Shown one piece after another: positions 21,526-35,730 of a stretch of DNA of 64,000 nucleotides; the stretch's first letter is position 1, and the number at the start of each line of letters is the position of its first letter. Origin of the DNA: Haliotis cracherodii (Eukaryota); the NCBI RefSeq assembly GCF_022045235.1, contig NW_027266270.1, forward strand, positions 1,736,001 to 1,800,000, in the 5' to 3' direction. The translations under genes were made by a program, and so were the position numbers. The notes under the pieces were generated by a model. That model saw only the letters and a list, made by a program, of their open reading frames with translations, ran no database searches and had not been told where the DNA came from.

Positions 21526-22187
21526 AGGCAGAAAACCTGCTCCTTCACTGGCACTAACGGACACAGACACCATGATGGTACAAGATGAGGAGATCAGAGG
21601 GCAGAAAACCTCCTCCTTCACTGGCACTAACGGACCCAGGCACCATGATGGTACAAGATGAGGAGATCAGAGGGCAGAAAACCTCCTCCTTCACTGGCAC
21701 TAACGGACACCATGATGGTACAAGACGAGGAGATCAAAGGGTAGAAAACCTCCTCCTTCACTGGCACTAACGGACACAGGCACCATGATGGTGCAAGACG
21801 AGGAGATCAAAGGGCAGAAAACCTCCTCCTTCACTGGCACTAACGGACCCAGGCACCATGACGGTACAAGATGAGGAGATCAAAGGGCAGAAAACCTCCT
21901 CCTTCACTGGCACTAAAGGACCCAGGCACCATGATGGTGCAAGACGAGGAGATCAAAGGGCAGAAAACCTCCTCCTTCACTGGCACTAACGGACCCAGGC
22001 ACCATGATGGTGCAAGACGAGGAGATCAAAGGGCAGAAAACCTCCTCCTTCACTGGCACTAACGGACCCAGGCACCATGATGGTTCAAGATGAGGAGATC
22101 AAAGGGCAGAAAACCTCCTCCTTCACTGGCACTAACGGACACAGGCACCATGATGGTACAAGACGAGGAGATCAAAGGGCAGAAAAC
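21526..22187. repeat. 73-bp minisatellite
   Basis: cagaaaacctcctccttcactggcactaacggacccaggcaccatgatgg..., ~9 copies. Confidence 0.94.
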
Positions 22188-23824
22188 GCTGTGTGTGACT
22201 TCACGTTTGATGGAATCACATTGTCACAGAATTCACCCTCGTTATTAACGTCAAAGCACCTTGAATGCAGCATGGGTTTACACTGTTTTCAGCAACATTC
22301 ATGCTGCATCACGCTGGGCCCAACAAGAGAAGGTCTTCTTCCACTTCAGAGCAGCCAATGCTTCTTTACCCACAAGGCCAACTCACCTCATTCACATCAA
22401 GTTAATGTTTGAACAATAAACTTGTTCCACAGCCTGGAATCAGGGAGAAGGTTTATGCCTTATGTGGCAGTATTGCAGCCGTTTGATGGTGGGGAACATT
22501 AAGGATGGCGGCTGCAAGTCACATCAACAACATTAAAAGCTAATGCTTTAACTACTAGCTTTTCCACCTTGCAAAGCCTGTAGCCTGTGCAGTTGTCTCC
22601 AGGACAAATGGCAGTTAGGTAAGGAAAACAGCCATTTGAACAATTACACAAATCCAAGGTATTTGGGACATTGAAAATCAAGTATAGAACAGCCTTACAT
22701 TGACAATCAGGAAAATCTAAAAGTTTTGCACATCTAATGGTGTCAGTGGTGGGGGCAAAATTGTGCGATAAGTAAGCAGGAAGCTGGATGTCCGGTTGCG
22801 GGAATTAGCATCATGACACAGCCACTGCACAAATCAAACAAGAAAATAATCATTTTGGGGAAATATAGATAACAGTGCCAAGAGAAAGAAAACTCTAAAT
22901 GGGACAATGACACACCCATTATGGATGTATCTAACAAGGAGGAGGAGGAAGGTGGGATGCCAACTGTTACAAATATTCAATCGATCACTGATGAAGAGTG
23001 TATACTAAAGAGAGTCAGGTTAAGCATGTATGTTTGGAGTTATTTGTAACTCATCAGCTTTAATAGCGTGACTCCAGCAATATAGCTTTCCTTGACCCAA
23101 AGTGAGTGAATCACGGTTGGCTGAAGTTTCAGTCAGTTGTATCAACCCTCTGACTTTGATGGTTAGATTAAAATGGACTTGAGTACCTGTTTATCAAAAC
23201 CTAACAAACTCGTTTAAGGTAAATTGACTAGGCACGATGAGCTTTTCAATTTGAATCTATCGGTATTCAAGTTAGTTTTTCACACCATCCCCACTGTGGA
23301 CTGTTATCTCAAGACATGATTTGTTTGTTTGTTGCTTAATACTGCACACAGCAATATTCCAGCTAATATGATGGTGGCCTGTAAATAATGGAGTCTGGAC
23401 AAAGGTACCGTGATACGTATCGGATCACACAGTTGGTGTATCGGCCCAGCCTAAGACCTCACCCTGGAATCTCACTTGACATAGCTTCTAGATGTAGGTG
23501 TTGAGTACACACTGGTGAACAAGTAATTTACCTGTTTTGAGCAAAAGGTTTTGACACACTTTCACACATCCACCAATTAACATCCTTTAATCTTATCTCT
23601 TTGTGAAAACAAAACTTCAGCATTCCACAGGAATGTGTCATGTTTCATAGTGGAGGTGCAATATGCACTATATTCACATGCTATCATGCTGACTTCCTGG
23701 CACAGAGTTTATGAACATGTGATACTGGAAAAGATGAAAACCATTTTGTGACACTGATGCTTAGTTGGTAAACACAGTCCATGAACTGTTTTACACAACA
23801 CTCTTCTATCTCCTAAAGAAGAAG

Positions 23825-23991
23825 GGGGCGGTCGGGTAGCCCAGTGGTTAAAGTGTTCGCTCGTCACGCCGAAGACCCGGGTTCGATTCCCGACATGGGT
23901 ACAATGTGTGAAGCCCATTTCTGGTGTCCCCCACCGTGATATTGCTGGAATATTGCTAAAAGCGGCGTAAAACCATACTCACTCACTCACT
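23825..23991 (+). mobile_element. tRNA-derived SINE family A, full length (~167 bp)
   Basis: A box TAGCCCAGTGG, B box GGTTCGATTCC, GTC anticodon-like loop, (ACTC)n tail; 12-bp TSD ctaaagaagaag. Confidence 0.92.
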
Positions 23992-25716
23992 CTAAAGAAG
24001 AAGAAAGACTTATTTCTGTCATCCTGTCTTTTGACGTGCTCTTTGCATACTACTCAAAAAATGTTAAGGATCTTTCATATTACTATAGTTAGTCTGCCAT
24101 GTCATGACAGAATCGGGGGTCCTTAACATTTTTCAGTAGTATATAATCCAGATAATTTTTTATTAAATTAAATGCATTAAGAAAACAACCAGCAGCCATA
24201 GATTTTCACTAGTCTTGGACTAATGGACTATTGGCCACGTCTAACCCTGGCTTAGACACTGTTAGTTTCTGGTGGCCCAGCTCAAAGAATCATTCGTTTA
24301 TCAGCCATTCTGACCCTCCAATCAAACATGGAGATTTATTCTGACTTTTTTGTAAAATCGGATTGTAAATATTGAAACCAACAGTCACAGGACTGGCAAA
24401 GAACTACAAATCAGAGCAATCCTTAAAAAAAAAAATGCGCATAAAATCAATATTTTCTCTCTTCAGTAGGAAAACACAAGAAACATTCTGCAGTTTCAAG
24501 TAGACATCTTTCAAGCTTAACAGACTGAATCAAAGAAATCCCCTACGGTGCTCCAGAGCAAGACAATTAACTTTCATGCCACAAGGGTATATACACAGAC
24601 TGAGTGGGGTCTAGAGTTTAAATGCTGTACCTGAAACAGTCCCATGTAGCTGAAGGAAGATTAATAGAATCCAAGCATGAACTGTGGATCTGCATGCAAA
24701 AGAGGAATGGCCACATGACCATGGGCACTCCAAAAAAGTGAGTCTGGTCTGGAGGTTAAAGCCTTCTCCAAACTTCAAACAATGGGGATAAATGGAAGGT
24801 GAGTTGAATTTTCAACAGTATTTCTATTACATCAAGCGTGTCAGCTTCATGGTTGGGGGGACAATCGGAAGTGTGCCATGTCTTTGATGAATCCCATGAA
24901 CATGGGTATGGTGCTGACAAACCAAGAATCAAAGATAAACAGGGCAAATCTGGGATTCAAACCCATGACAGGATTCCGTAGTGCCCAAGTGACGCAACTC
25001 ATCACAGAGGCAGCTGCGATGACTCAGGGAAGCCTGTGCCCTCGGAAAATGGAAAGACTCAAAGGCATCAAACTGTGGCTCTGAGGCATTTAATCCAGCA
25101 ATCGGAACACTGGAGGCTGAACCAACAGCGCTAACCTGTACTGCAAGTATGTGGTTTGCCTGGCAGGAACCTGATTAGGCATTGCCAGCAGAGTAGGTGA
25201 AGGCAGCTCGCAGGTTGAAATTGGAAGGTGTGAGTGGTAAATGGATTGGCAACATGGCCTGTGTGGCTTGTATCTGGTCAGTGTAGACGGCTGTGATGGA
25301 GATGGAGGGAGGGTGGAAGGAGGGGAAGCGGTGTGGGTGGCGGGGGGGGGGGGCACGGGGAGGGGTTGAGGAGATTTGACAGAGAGTAAAGTTAACAGAT
25401 ATGTGATGATCTGTGCTAGGGAGCTGCCAGGCAGAGAAAATCAATGTACTTTCCATGCTGTGTTTGCTCATTGAAGTCTCCTTGTTCAATCTGAATATTG
25501 CCCTGGTCTATAGCGCTTGCGTGAGGTAAGATTGCAAGAGCGTTTGGAACTGAATGTATAGAACAGACAACAAAGAGGAGGACTCTGGTGATTTGTTTAT
25601 CACGAAGGTTTTACATTCTTTACATCTTAGCTGAAATTAATCATGAACAATAAGGACTGACATATTGTTTGTCAGACTGGAAATTTATCATCTTGTAAAT
25701 ACACATTTCGATAACA

Positions 25717-26213
25717 CAGAGCTCCAGATAAGCTTTTGGTGTTGTGGATATTTTACCCATGCATTTTAAATCATTGGGTATCAGTAATTTTATTTTTATT
25801 TTATTTCTGTTACCCACTAGTTTTTACACATGTGGGTATTTAAGTAAAGTATTTGAAAACACTATTCATCTAGTCCCTGCAAACTGGTGTCATGTGGGTT
25901 CGAGAGCTTTATAGGACGATACCACGATACTTCCACTAGAAAGTGTGATGGCAAATGATCATGATGTAATTATCATCGTGGAGTTTGGCAAGGTTGACGG
26001 AATGCCTGTTTATGATTTCAAAATAAGTTGCTGATTTGCTAATTGAATACGCAGGGTTACTTCACAATATTTTGATGATACTCACAAGTTTTATTTTTGT
26101 AGCGTATCTGTAATGTTCGTTGCGTATTTGATACGCTTGGATTTTATTTTACTGCGTATTTCTGCATTTCTGATGCTTATTTTACGCAGATACGAAGCTT
26201 ATCTGGAGCTCTG
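25717..26213. mobile_element. ~497-bp MITE with perfect 19-bp TIR (end fragment also at ~47345-47418)
   Basis: cagagctccagataagctt...aagcttatctggagctctg; flanks ataaca/ttaaca. Confidence 0.82.
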
Positions 26214-26647
26214 TTAACATACAAGGTTTCAAGCTTGTATGATTGGTTGATATGGGACTGGTTTGACACTACAGCTTCAGTGAGTGGACAGTACTGATAT
26301 TAGCAGTCAGAGCCAAAACGTTTGAGTCTACCAGCCTGAAAGTGTATTCTGACACAAGTTTCAGTATATTTTAGTGTCAGCTTATGTACAAGAATAATCT
26401 GATCTTACTAGACCAGAAGAAATTGTTCTAGACTCAGGCTTTATAATAGTGGGTGTGTGGGTGTGTGGGTGTGTGGATGCTTTGGTGAGTGGGTGACTGG
26501 GTGGGTGACTGGGTGGGTGACTGGGTGGGTGACTGGGTGCTTGAGTGAGTGCTGTCCGTAGCAATGCTTTAGCAATTTCACTTGAGGAAGAATGAACCTA
26601 GATATTCAGCGTTTTGCTATCGCACAACTTGGTTGGAAGGAGGGGGG

Positions 26648-26800
26648 GGTATGGAGTTACGCTGCTTTTAGCAATATTACAGCAATAACATTACAGAGGA
26701 CCCCAAACAAATTTCACACATTGTGTTCATGTTGGTAATCAAACCTGACCCATTGCCTTGACGAGCAAGTGCTTCACCCACTAGGCTATTCCACTGCCCG
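26648..26800 (-). mobile_element. SINE family A, degraded (further fragments near 10990, 36560, 42706, 54611, 55653)
   Basis: gcttttagcaatatt...cacacattgt...ccactaggcta motifs retained. Confidence 0.7.
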
Positions 26801-28959
26801 TATGGATATGGATTGAGTGTGGAATGGACTGGGGCTTACTTCCAACATTGGTGTGGATCATTGGTTACATGATCTGCAATGGCTTGTCCGACCCCAGACA
26901 AGTTGTATAATGTCGGGATCCAGCCAAGATATTGCCGACCACATCATAAAACACAGATAGCAGCTATTTCCGATGCAATGTTTGATTCTCTCAAGCAAAC
27001 AAAAAACTGATAAAAGGAACAATTATGAAAGCTATCTTTCTGATTATGCAGTCGCTGAAAACTCATGAATTTGATTGATACTCTGAAGACCCACAGACAC
27101 ACACTGCTTAAAGTGCTTTTGAAATTATTGACATCTGTCATGTCCGCTCAAACCGATGAGGAAAGATCAGGAAATGGTGGGGAATGAAAGGGATGCGAGA
27201 GGATGGATTGGCCAGAACTGGGCAAAATCACATGTATGTGTGGGTGTTTGGAGGGGGTCAGTGGGAGGACGTCAGGCGTCAGGGGGAGAGGAATATCTTC
27301 GTCTGATCTCATAGCAAAATCAATGGATGCTCTCTTCTGTTGGTGTTTACTGAAGAAAAGGGCAAACTGTTAAGTGTCTCAACCAATACTTGCAAGACAA
27401 AAATCTGAGGTCCCAAGTCTGCTGTTTAAATGTGGTTCAATTCTATGCATGTCGATCTTTATTGATGTAAAAGGAACAAATAACATTGCTACTGGTCTTC
27501 AAACAAATATAAATCAAAATCAAAGAGCATAGATTTTTGGGAATCAGAAAATCAATTTGGAAGTTCAATTTCATAGAAGCATTGTTTTTCAATACTTTTT
27601 AACCTTTCAGAAGCATCTTCGAACACTCTGCCTAATTTATTTGACGAGATGTGAAGAGAAGAAACCTATTAAGTAGCAAAAGTTCAGCGATGGAAGATGT
27701 ATGGAATGGAGAGACAATATGAAGATATGAGAAAAGTCTTCAATAATAAATAACCCATTGATTCTCAAAGCATAATGAAACACCGGCAACTTCCAATTCT
27801 ACCTACAAAGTGTTTGTTGTTTATCCAGCACTCAGCAATATTCCCATTACATGTATATGGTGGCGGCCTGTAAATAACCAAGAACCAGACAATCCAGTGA
27901 TTGATATTAGGAGGAACGTTGTCAGCATAGGATGATGATATGCAGTCCACCAAATCACCTAGACTTGAGCACCTGACTTGATTCCTTCCTCCAACAATAA
28001 GAAGCTGGTACCTAATCTAACCTACAACATGAAATCAATGCTAAACCTATCCTTCGAAAGACATACTTAGAATACTTAGAAATACCCTGTCTCCAATGGT
28101 CATGCTGATCATGCAACTTGCCGACAACAAATACTCACAAAGTCACACAGCGTGTGTCCTGTTTTAATATCCAGTTTAATATACAGTACTTTTGCCTTTC
28201 ACTTCACAAGCTAATGTACACAACTACTCCATGAAGTTTCAGTAAAACAAATCATCAGACTCTGGGCATATCACTTCGATGCAAAACAATATTCCCAAAC
28301 TGCAAAAACCCAAATTCAAGCACCTGCCATGTAACCTCCCAGAAGACAGAGAATACAAATCTTGCTAATTCACTACACCCTTTCACCAACCCGCCCCCCC
28401 CCCCCCCCCCCCCCCCCTGATACCCACACCATGCTCCATCTGATCAATAGTACAAAGTCTCCCAGGCAGTAAACAGGAATAAACCATAGCAGGATTATCA
28501 CCCAGATAGGCCAACAAACCACAGAATAAGTACAACACTGTTCAACAGTAACACTACCAAGTTAATCTGTGTAAACCCAGATTTAGAGCAAGTCACTATC
28601 TGGTTGGAACATTGCCCTCTGCCCTCCATAGTAAACAGGCGTTGATACAATCTACCCTGATCCCACAAATACACACACAAGCCTTTGTACAGGTTATTAG
28701 CCAATGTTGATATAATTTCCCAGGCGGTTCATAAAACAGGTATATACCACAGATGAGGCTTGGCATCAAATAGAATCATTAAGGTCTGTCAATGACATAG
28801 AGCGGTCTTTCCTCAGTGCTTTCTCGTTACATGGACGGTTGTGATTCAAGGAGTTCCTGAAAGTTAATGCTACTGATGGACTGAGGAGCTGTCAGATGCC
28901 GTTGAGGACATCTGTTTGTTATGTAACCTATCTGTCCATGCAACTCTTGCAAGATTATT

Positions 28960-29130
28960 GTGAGTGAGTAAGTGAGTATGGTTTTATACTGCTTTTAGCA
29001 ATATTCCAGCAATATCATGGCGGGGGACACCGGAAATGGGCTTCACACATTGTACCCATGTCGGGAATCGAACCTGGGTCTTCGGCGTGACGAGCGAATG
29101 CTTTAACCCCTAGGCTACCCGACCGCCCCC
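28960..29130 (-). mobile_element. SINE family A (no obvious TSD)
   Basis: Near-identical to other copies; its 5' end abuts a duplicated 93-bp segment. Confidence 0.9.
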
Positions 29131-29840
29131 TTTCATTAATTGGTCATCAGAGCAACTGTATTCTAAAATCACTGAAACCGATACAGCTTGATTTGGGCAC
29201 ATTTGACAGTAATCTAGGATAACCTTGCCATCCCTATTTATCTACAAAGAAACACTATACAATGTGATTATCAACAGTTCCTCCTGTAGACATAATAGGA
29301 GTTTAAAATATTCAACTTCTTGCAGTTCAATGAGGGAATAAGGTTTGGTATCAGTTTCAGCTAAATCACTGCAATATCACTTCAGGACACTGCAATTGAT
29401 TTAATAAGTTTACCCAAATTCTGTAACTTGAACCCAGATCTTCTACATAATGAGCAACACTTTAACAAGGGCTTCACCTTACTGACCTACTGAACCTTTA
29501 ATAGATTCAAATTACCAGGGCATATCAGATATGGCAAATCAGGAGTGAAATCATACCGCAAAGTGGTGTTGATCTAGAATACAAATACATGCTAAAAGCG
29601 GCATAGCTCTATCATCTGTTTGTTCATGAACTACTTAAGGACTATTTTAAGCCACACATTTCCTGGTGCACGTTAAAACTGCAGTCATTAACACAATACA
29701 AGGAAATCACAAGCTAAACCTGGATCAGTGCAATGCTCTTGTGTTAAGATTTAACCTGATTACATAATGGCAGTGTGGGAGACCAGGGCCAGTGGCTATG
29801 GGGGTCAGGGAGGTCAGACTGACTGTACAAGGCTTGAGAT

Positions 29841-30647
29841 TAGGGCTATCAGTGCTGCGAGGGCTCCCTTGGAAGGGCCAGCAGTGGTGTGAGGGCTTCC
29901 TTGGAAGGGCCAGCAGTGGTGTGAGGGCCCCCTGGGTAGGGCTATCAGTGCTGCGAGGGCTCCCTTGGAAGGGCCAGCAGTGGGGTGAGGGCTCCCTTGG
30001 AAGGGCCAGCAGTGGTGTGAGGGCTCCCTGGGTAGGGCCAGCAGTGGTGTGAGGGCCCCCTTGGAAGGGCCAGCAGTGGTGTGAGGGCTCCCTTGGAAGG
30101 GCCAGCAGTGGTGTGAGGGCCCCTGGGTAGGGCTATCAGTGCTGCGAGGGCTCCCTTGGAAGGGCCAGCAGTGCTGTGAGGGCTCCCTGGGTAGGACCAG
30201 CAGTGGTGTGAGGGCCCCCTTGGAAGGGCCAGCAGTGGTGTGAGGGCCCCCTGGGTAGGGCCAGCAGTGGTGTGAGGGCCCCCTGGGTAGGGCCAGCAGT
30301 GGTGTGAGGGCTCCCTTGGAAGGGCCAGCAGTGGTGTGAGGGCCCCCTTGGTAGGGCCAGCAGTGGTGTGAGGGCCCCCTGGGTAGGGCCAGCAGTGGTG
30401 TGAGGGCTCCCTTGGAAGGGCCAGCAGTGGTGTGAGGGCCCCCTGGGTAGGGCCAGCAGTGCTGTGAGGGCTCCCTGGGTAGGGCCAGCAGTGGTGTGAG
30501 GGCCCCTGGGTAGGGCCAGCAGTGGTGTGAGGGCCCCTGGGTAGGGCCAGCAGTGGTGTGAGGGCTCCCTGGGTAGGGCCAGCAGTGGTGTGAGGGCCCC
30601 TGAGTAGGGCCAGCAGTGGTGTGAGGGCCCCCTGGGTAGGGCCAGCA
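29841..30647. repeat. GC-rich ~32-bp minisatellite
   Basis: ccagcagtggtgtgagggccccctgggtaggg, ~25 copies. Confidence 0.95.
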
Positions 30648-31439
30648 ATGTTGAATGTCAGCATCTCCAGCATGTTTACTCTCCGATTAGCTGCATTATC
30701 CTGTGACCCAGTGATCCCGTAATGGATCGGGATTAACCTTCAACCACTCAATTATATTTTGTCTGAGTCCGTAGTGCTTGTTTTTACAGACTTCGGACAC
30801 AGAACTCATCCAACAGACATAACAAAGGGTTTTCTTGTGTGGACAGCCACTAATGAATTAACAGTATCAATGAGCCATGTTCTTAGGATATACTTAATCA
30901 TGTTTGTGAGCACTACAAGAGTGTGAGGATTAATCCTGGCAAGTCAGCAAATACCTGACTCCTTCTTGGAGGCCTGTAGTGTTTACATAGGTACAAGCAT
31001 AGCATCGCCTGGTAGTCTTACGATCAATCTATCTTAATGGGCAGGATAGGCTTGTTGAGGGTTTGAATCCGACCACTGCTCTGACAATGGTTCTTGCTCT
31101 GTCAGATTTCACCCATACCGCAGATTTCACCACATAGTCACACATCTGGGTTTTTATCTCACACTGAACTGGCATGCTATAAACTGTTCAAAGCACCCTA
31201 ATCACCCACTCTTATCTTGCTCACAGACCCTAGAGCATAGCTTCAATAAAACGATCATCCCCTTTCCTCTCAGCCTCTACTTATCTCCTTCTCTTCTCTA
31301 TAAGCTCATTCTCATCCCCTTCTCATCTCTAGCAGCCTAATACTCATCCCCTTTTCAGCTGAAGAAAATAAGAGACTTGCCTCAGGGTTCCATGATACAT
31401 AAGGTGCACTGGTTCAATTCTTTAATTTGTTATGCAATG

Positions 31440-33518
31440 TCAGCTATCGGCCATGATCACAATGAAGCTTACAGTGCAGTACCTATTCAAAAAGATCACT
31501 TGCAATGTCGGCCATCGGCCATGATCACAATGAAGCTTACAGTGCAGTACCTATTCAAAAAGATCACTTGCAGTGGAGGCCATCGGCCATGATCACAATG
31601 AAGCTTACAGTGCAGTACCTACTCATAAAGATCACTTGCAGTGGAGGCCATCGGCCGGGATCACAATGAAGCTTACAGTGCAGTACCTACTCATAAAGAT
31701 CACTTGCAGTGTAGGCCATCGGCCATGATCACAATGAAGCTTACAGTGCAGTACCTACTCATAAAGATCACTTGCAGTGGAGGCCATGATCACAATGAAG
31801 CTTACAGTGCAGTACCTACTCATAAAGATCACTTGCAGTGTAGGCTATCGGCCATGATCACAATGAAGCTTACAGTGCAGTACCTACTCATAAAGATCAC
31901 TTGCAGTGGAGGCTATCGGCCATGATCACAATGAAGCTTACAGTGCAGTACCTACTCATAAAGATCACTTGCAGTGGAGGCCATCGGCCATGATCACAAT
32001 GAAGCTTACAGTGCAGTACCTACTCATAAAGATCACTTGCAGTGGAGGCCATTGGCCATGATCACAATGAAGCTTACAGTGCAGTACCTACTCATAAAGA
32101 TCACTTGCAGTGGAGGCCATCGGCCATGATCACAATGAAGCTTACAGTGCAGTACCTACTCATAAAGATCACTTGCAGTGGAGGCTATCGGCCATGATCA
32201 CAATAAAGCTTACAGTGCAGTACCTACTCATAAAGATCACTTGCAATGTCGGCCATCGGCCATGATCACAATGAAGCTTACAGTGCAGTACCTACTCATA
32301 AAGATCACTTGCAGTGGAGGCCATGATCACAATGAAGCTTACAGTGCAGTACCTATTCAAAAAGATCACTTGCAATGTAGGCCATCGGCCATGATCACAA
32401 TGAAGCTTACAGTGCAGTACCTACTCATAAAGATCACTTGCAGTGGAGGCCATCGGCCATGATCACAATGAAGCTTACAGTGCAGTACCTACTCATAAAG
32501 ATCACTTGCAGTGGAGGCCATGATCACAATGAAGCTTACAGTGCAGTACCTATTCAAAAAGATCACTTGCAATGTAGGCCATCAGCCATGATCACAATGA
32601 AGCTTACAGTGCAGTACCTACTCATAAAGATCACTTGCAGTGGAGGCCATCGGCCATGATCACAATGAAGCTTACAGTGCAGTACCTACTCATAAAGATC
32701 ACTTGCAGTGGAGGCCATCGGCCATGATCACAATGAAGCTTACAGTGCAGTACCTACTCATAAAGATCACTTGCAGTGGAGGCCATCGGCCATGATCACA
32801 ATGAAGCTTACAGTGCAGTACCTACTCATAAAGATCACTTGCAGTGGAGGCCATCGGCCATGATCACAATGAAGCTTACAGTGCAGTACCTACTCATAAA
32901 GATCACTTGCAGTGGAGGCTATCGGCCATGATCACAATAAAGCTTACAGTGCTGTACCTACTCATAAAGATCACTTGCAATGTCGGCCATCGGCCATGAT
33001 CACAATGAAGCTTATAGTGCTGTACCTACTCATAAAGATCACTTGCAGTGGAGGCCATGATCACAATGAAGCTTACAGTGCAGTACCTATTCAAAAAGAT
33101 CACTTGCAATGTAGGCCATCGGCCATGATCACAATGAAGCTTACAGTGCAGTACCTACTCATAAAGATCACTTGCAGTGGAGGCCATGATCACAATGAAG
33201 CTTACAGTGCAGTACCTATTCAAAAAGATCACTTGCAATGTAGGCCATCGGCCATGATCACAATGAAGCTTACAGTGCAGTACCTACTCATAAAGATCAC
33301 TTGCAGTGGAGGCCATCGGCCATGATCACAATGAAGCTTACAGTGCAGTACCTACTCATAAAGATCACTTGCAGTGGAGGCCATCGGCCATGATCACAAT
33401 GAAGCTTACAGTGCAGTACCTACTCATAAAGATCACTTGCAGTGGAGGCCATCGGCCATGATCACAATGAAGCTTACAGTGCAGTACCTACTCATAAAGA
33501 TCACTTGCAGTGGAGGCC
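31440..33518. repeat. 68/61-bp satellite, 2.1 kb
   Basis: ggccatgatcacaatgaagcttacagtgcagtacctactcataaagatcacttgcagtggaggccatc, ~31 copies. Confidence 0.96.
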
Positions 33519-33780
33519 TAAACTGCTGCTCCCAATGCAGGCGTGGAAATGATTAATATTTTAACTACTTTGCAAAAAATAATAGTCTAGAGTTGCATTT
33601 ATTTCTTCCAAGTGGTAACATTTTGAGAAGACTTCACTAGTCCTTCCTTGGTTAACTTGGTTGACTTGGTCCCTGGTGGACTTCTGTTAGCTTTAAACCC
33701 TGGAGAGATAATGATCTTCCCATGTAGTTACACGGAATTCAAAACCCACACACAATCAGAAGTCAGCCCTGCTTCCATCC

Positions 33781-33926
33781 ACCAGGAACCAGCATGCCTC
33801 CCTTGCCCATTCCCCTGTACAAGTGATATTACTTCAATATAAACAGAAACCAGGAACCAGCATGCCTCCCTAGCCCATTCCCCTGTACAGGGGATATTAC
33901 TTCAATATAAACAGAAACCAGGAACC
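33781..33926. repeat. 68-bp tandem duplication
   Basis: accaggaaccagcatgcctccc...taaacagaa x2 plus a third start. Confidence 0.9.
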
Positions 33927-35479
33927 GCCAATTAATTTGTATATGCGAGACTCGAGATCACCTGGATTACATGCTCCTCAAGCAGCATGGAGTATGAAGG
34001 TTGGCATGTACAACTGATCCCTAACCCTCCCATGTTCTTCTATGTACTGAAGGAGGCGTATAAATCAAGGTAAGTCGCCCACAATTAGAGCAGCAGTCTG
34101 ATACCCCTAGTGCGCCTGCACCAGGCATTACAACACAATCAATAGTTCATCGTGCATCTAGACAACAGGCGTGGAGCCATCTCAATCCATTAAAATAACT
34201 TGCTTATCCTGCAATGTCTGAGATCCATGTCACGAGGAAGATCTATGTTTCTCATATGATTAGTTCAGATGAACTACTTTTCTAAAGAGCAAATCTATGA
34301 TGAGACACACTCTTGGGCACATTTCTAAGTATTTAGTAAACATTTCTGAAATTCTAAACAAAGTTTGATACTATTTTTAAATTATCAACAGTATTTGAAA
34401 TGAATCATACAAGTGAGAGGTTCCTTGTCATACTGTTGAAGATTACATGACAGTGATCATTAAGTGCAGCATTGATTGAGCTGCACAGGTGCTTGTCTAA
34501 AGGTAGTGCACCAACTGCGCTATCATGCACCAGCACCAACACATCCGCCAACACATCACCAGCACAGATGACAGACAACCTATACTTAGCAGCATCTTGT
34601 TGCTATTGAGACCGTGGGCTAGCTCTGCATTCTGTATTTCTAGAGAGTCAGCACTGTTAATTGTTGGAGTATAAACATAATAAGTCAATTTATTAATTGC
34701 CATCAGTAAAAACTTGTCAGTTGTACCGGTAGTCATGTGAGGAATTTGATGTGGGATAAGGAAGAATGTAGTCAGTTATGTAAGATCAGCATTAGAAATT
34801 GGCACAAGTCCTGTAGTCCTCGCCAAACTGCCCAATAGTAAAGTTATCGTAAGGACCAGTAGAAATTTGTCATTTTCAAGGATTTTGCTATGTTATCATT
34901 ATGAGGACTAGTGGACTAAAAATGTTGGATTCTACCACTGATGATGATAACAGTGTCAACAAGATGAAAGAGCGAGGATGAGAGCGAGGCTTGACGAATA
35001 ATACTGCTGTACAGCACAGGAAAAAGGGTTCACACTGAGGAGCCTGCTTAACTTGAACAGACCACTTCAGAGACAAGAAGACTTAGTACAATGGCTTGCA
35101 ATACATATACTTCATAATTACATGTAAAAATAACCTGGGATGTTCTCGGGTCCTTGAGATGTGTAATGACATTATGCATCCTTATGTTTTCATACCAGGC
35201 AAGTCAAAGGGCGAGTTGTGTGAAATGCAGCTTGGAACAGCTTTTCAATTGGACTAAGATAATCCAGGGTTGGTTGGTTTATCGTTTAACGCTGCACTCA
35301 GCATAGTCTGTCTTACAGACCCTGATACAAATATATATCAAATACAGCCCATGAAAGTCTATAATGTTTGGCAAGTCTAGATCACTGCAGTGAGAGTCAC
35401 TGGGCTCCTTTTTATTATATTTTTATTAAGATAACTGAACAACTGTTTTTATGTACGATATGTTCATTTCAGAGACTAG

Positions 35480-35730
35480 ATTTTAGTCTACACTCAGCAA
35501 TATTCCAGCTATATGACGGAGGTCTGTAAATAATCGAGTCTGGACCAGACAATCCAGTGATTGATATCATGAGCATCGATCCACGCAATTGGGATTGATG
35601 ACATGCATCAACCAAGTCAGTGAGCCTGACCACCAGATCCTGTTGGTCGCCTTTTATGACAAGCATAGTCGCCTTTTACGGCAAGCATGGGTCGCTGAAG
35701 ACCTATTCTACTCCGGAATCTTCACTGGTC
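35480..35730 (-). mobile_element. SINE-like family B, followed by an older degenerate copy at ~35790-36010
   Basis: Homology to 8279-8552. Confidence 0.85.

Noticed and set aside
23825-23900. tRNA-Asp-like gene
   Set aside because: It is the head of a SINE with body, simple-repeat tail, TSD and many dispersed copies; the acceptor stem does not close.
29945-30673. 242-aa repeat ORF; likewise 48370-49155, 38816-39910 and 44593-44982
   Set aside because: Minisatellite or microsatellite read-through; one spans an N gap.
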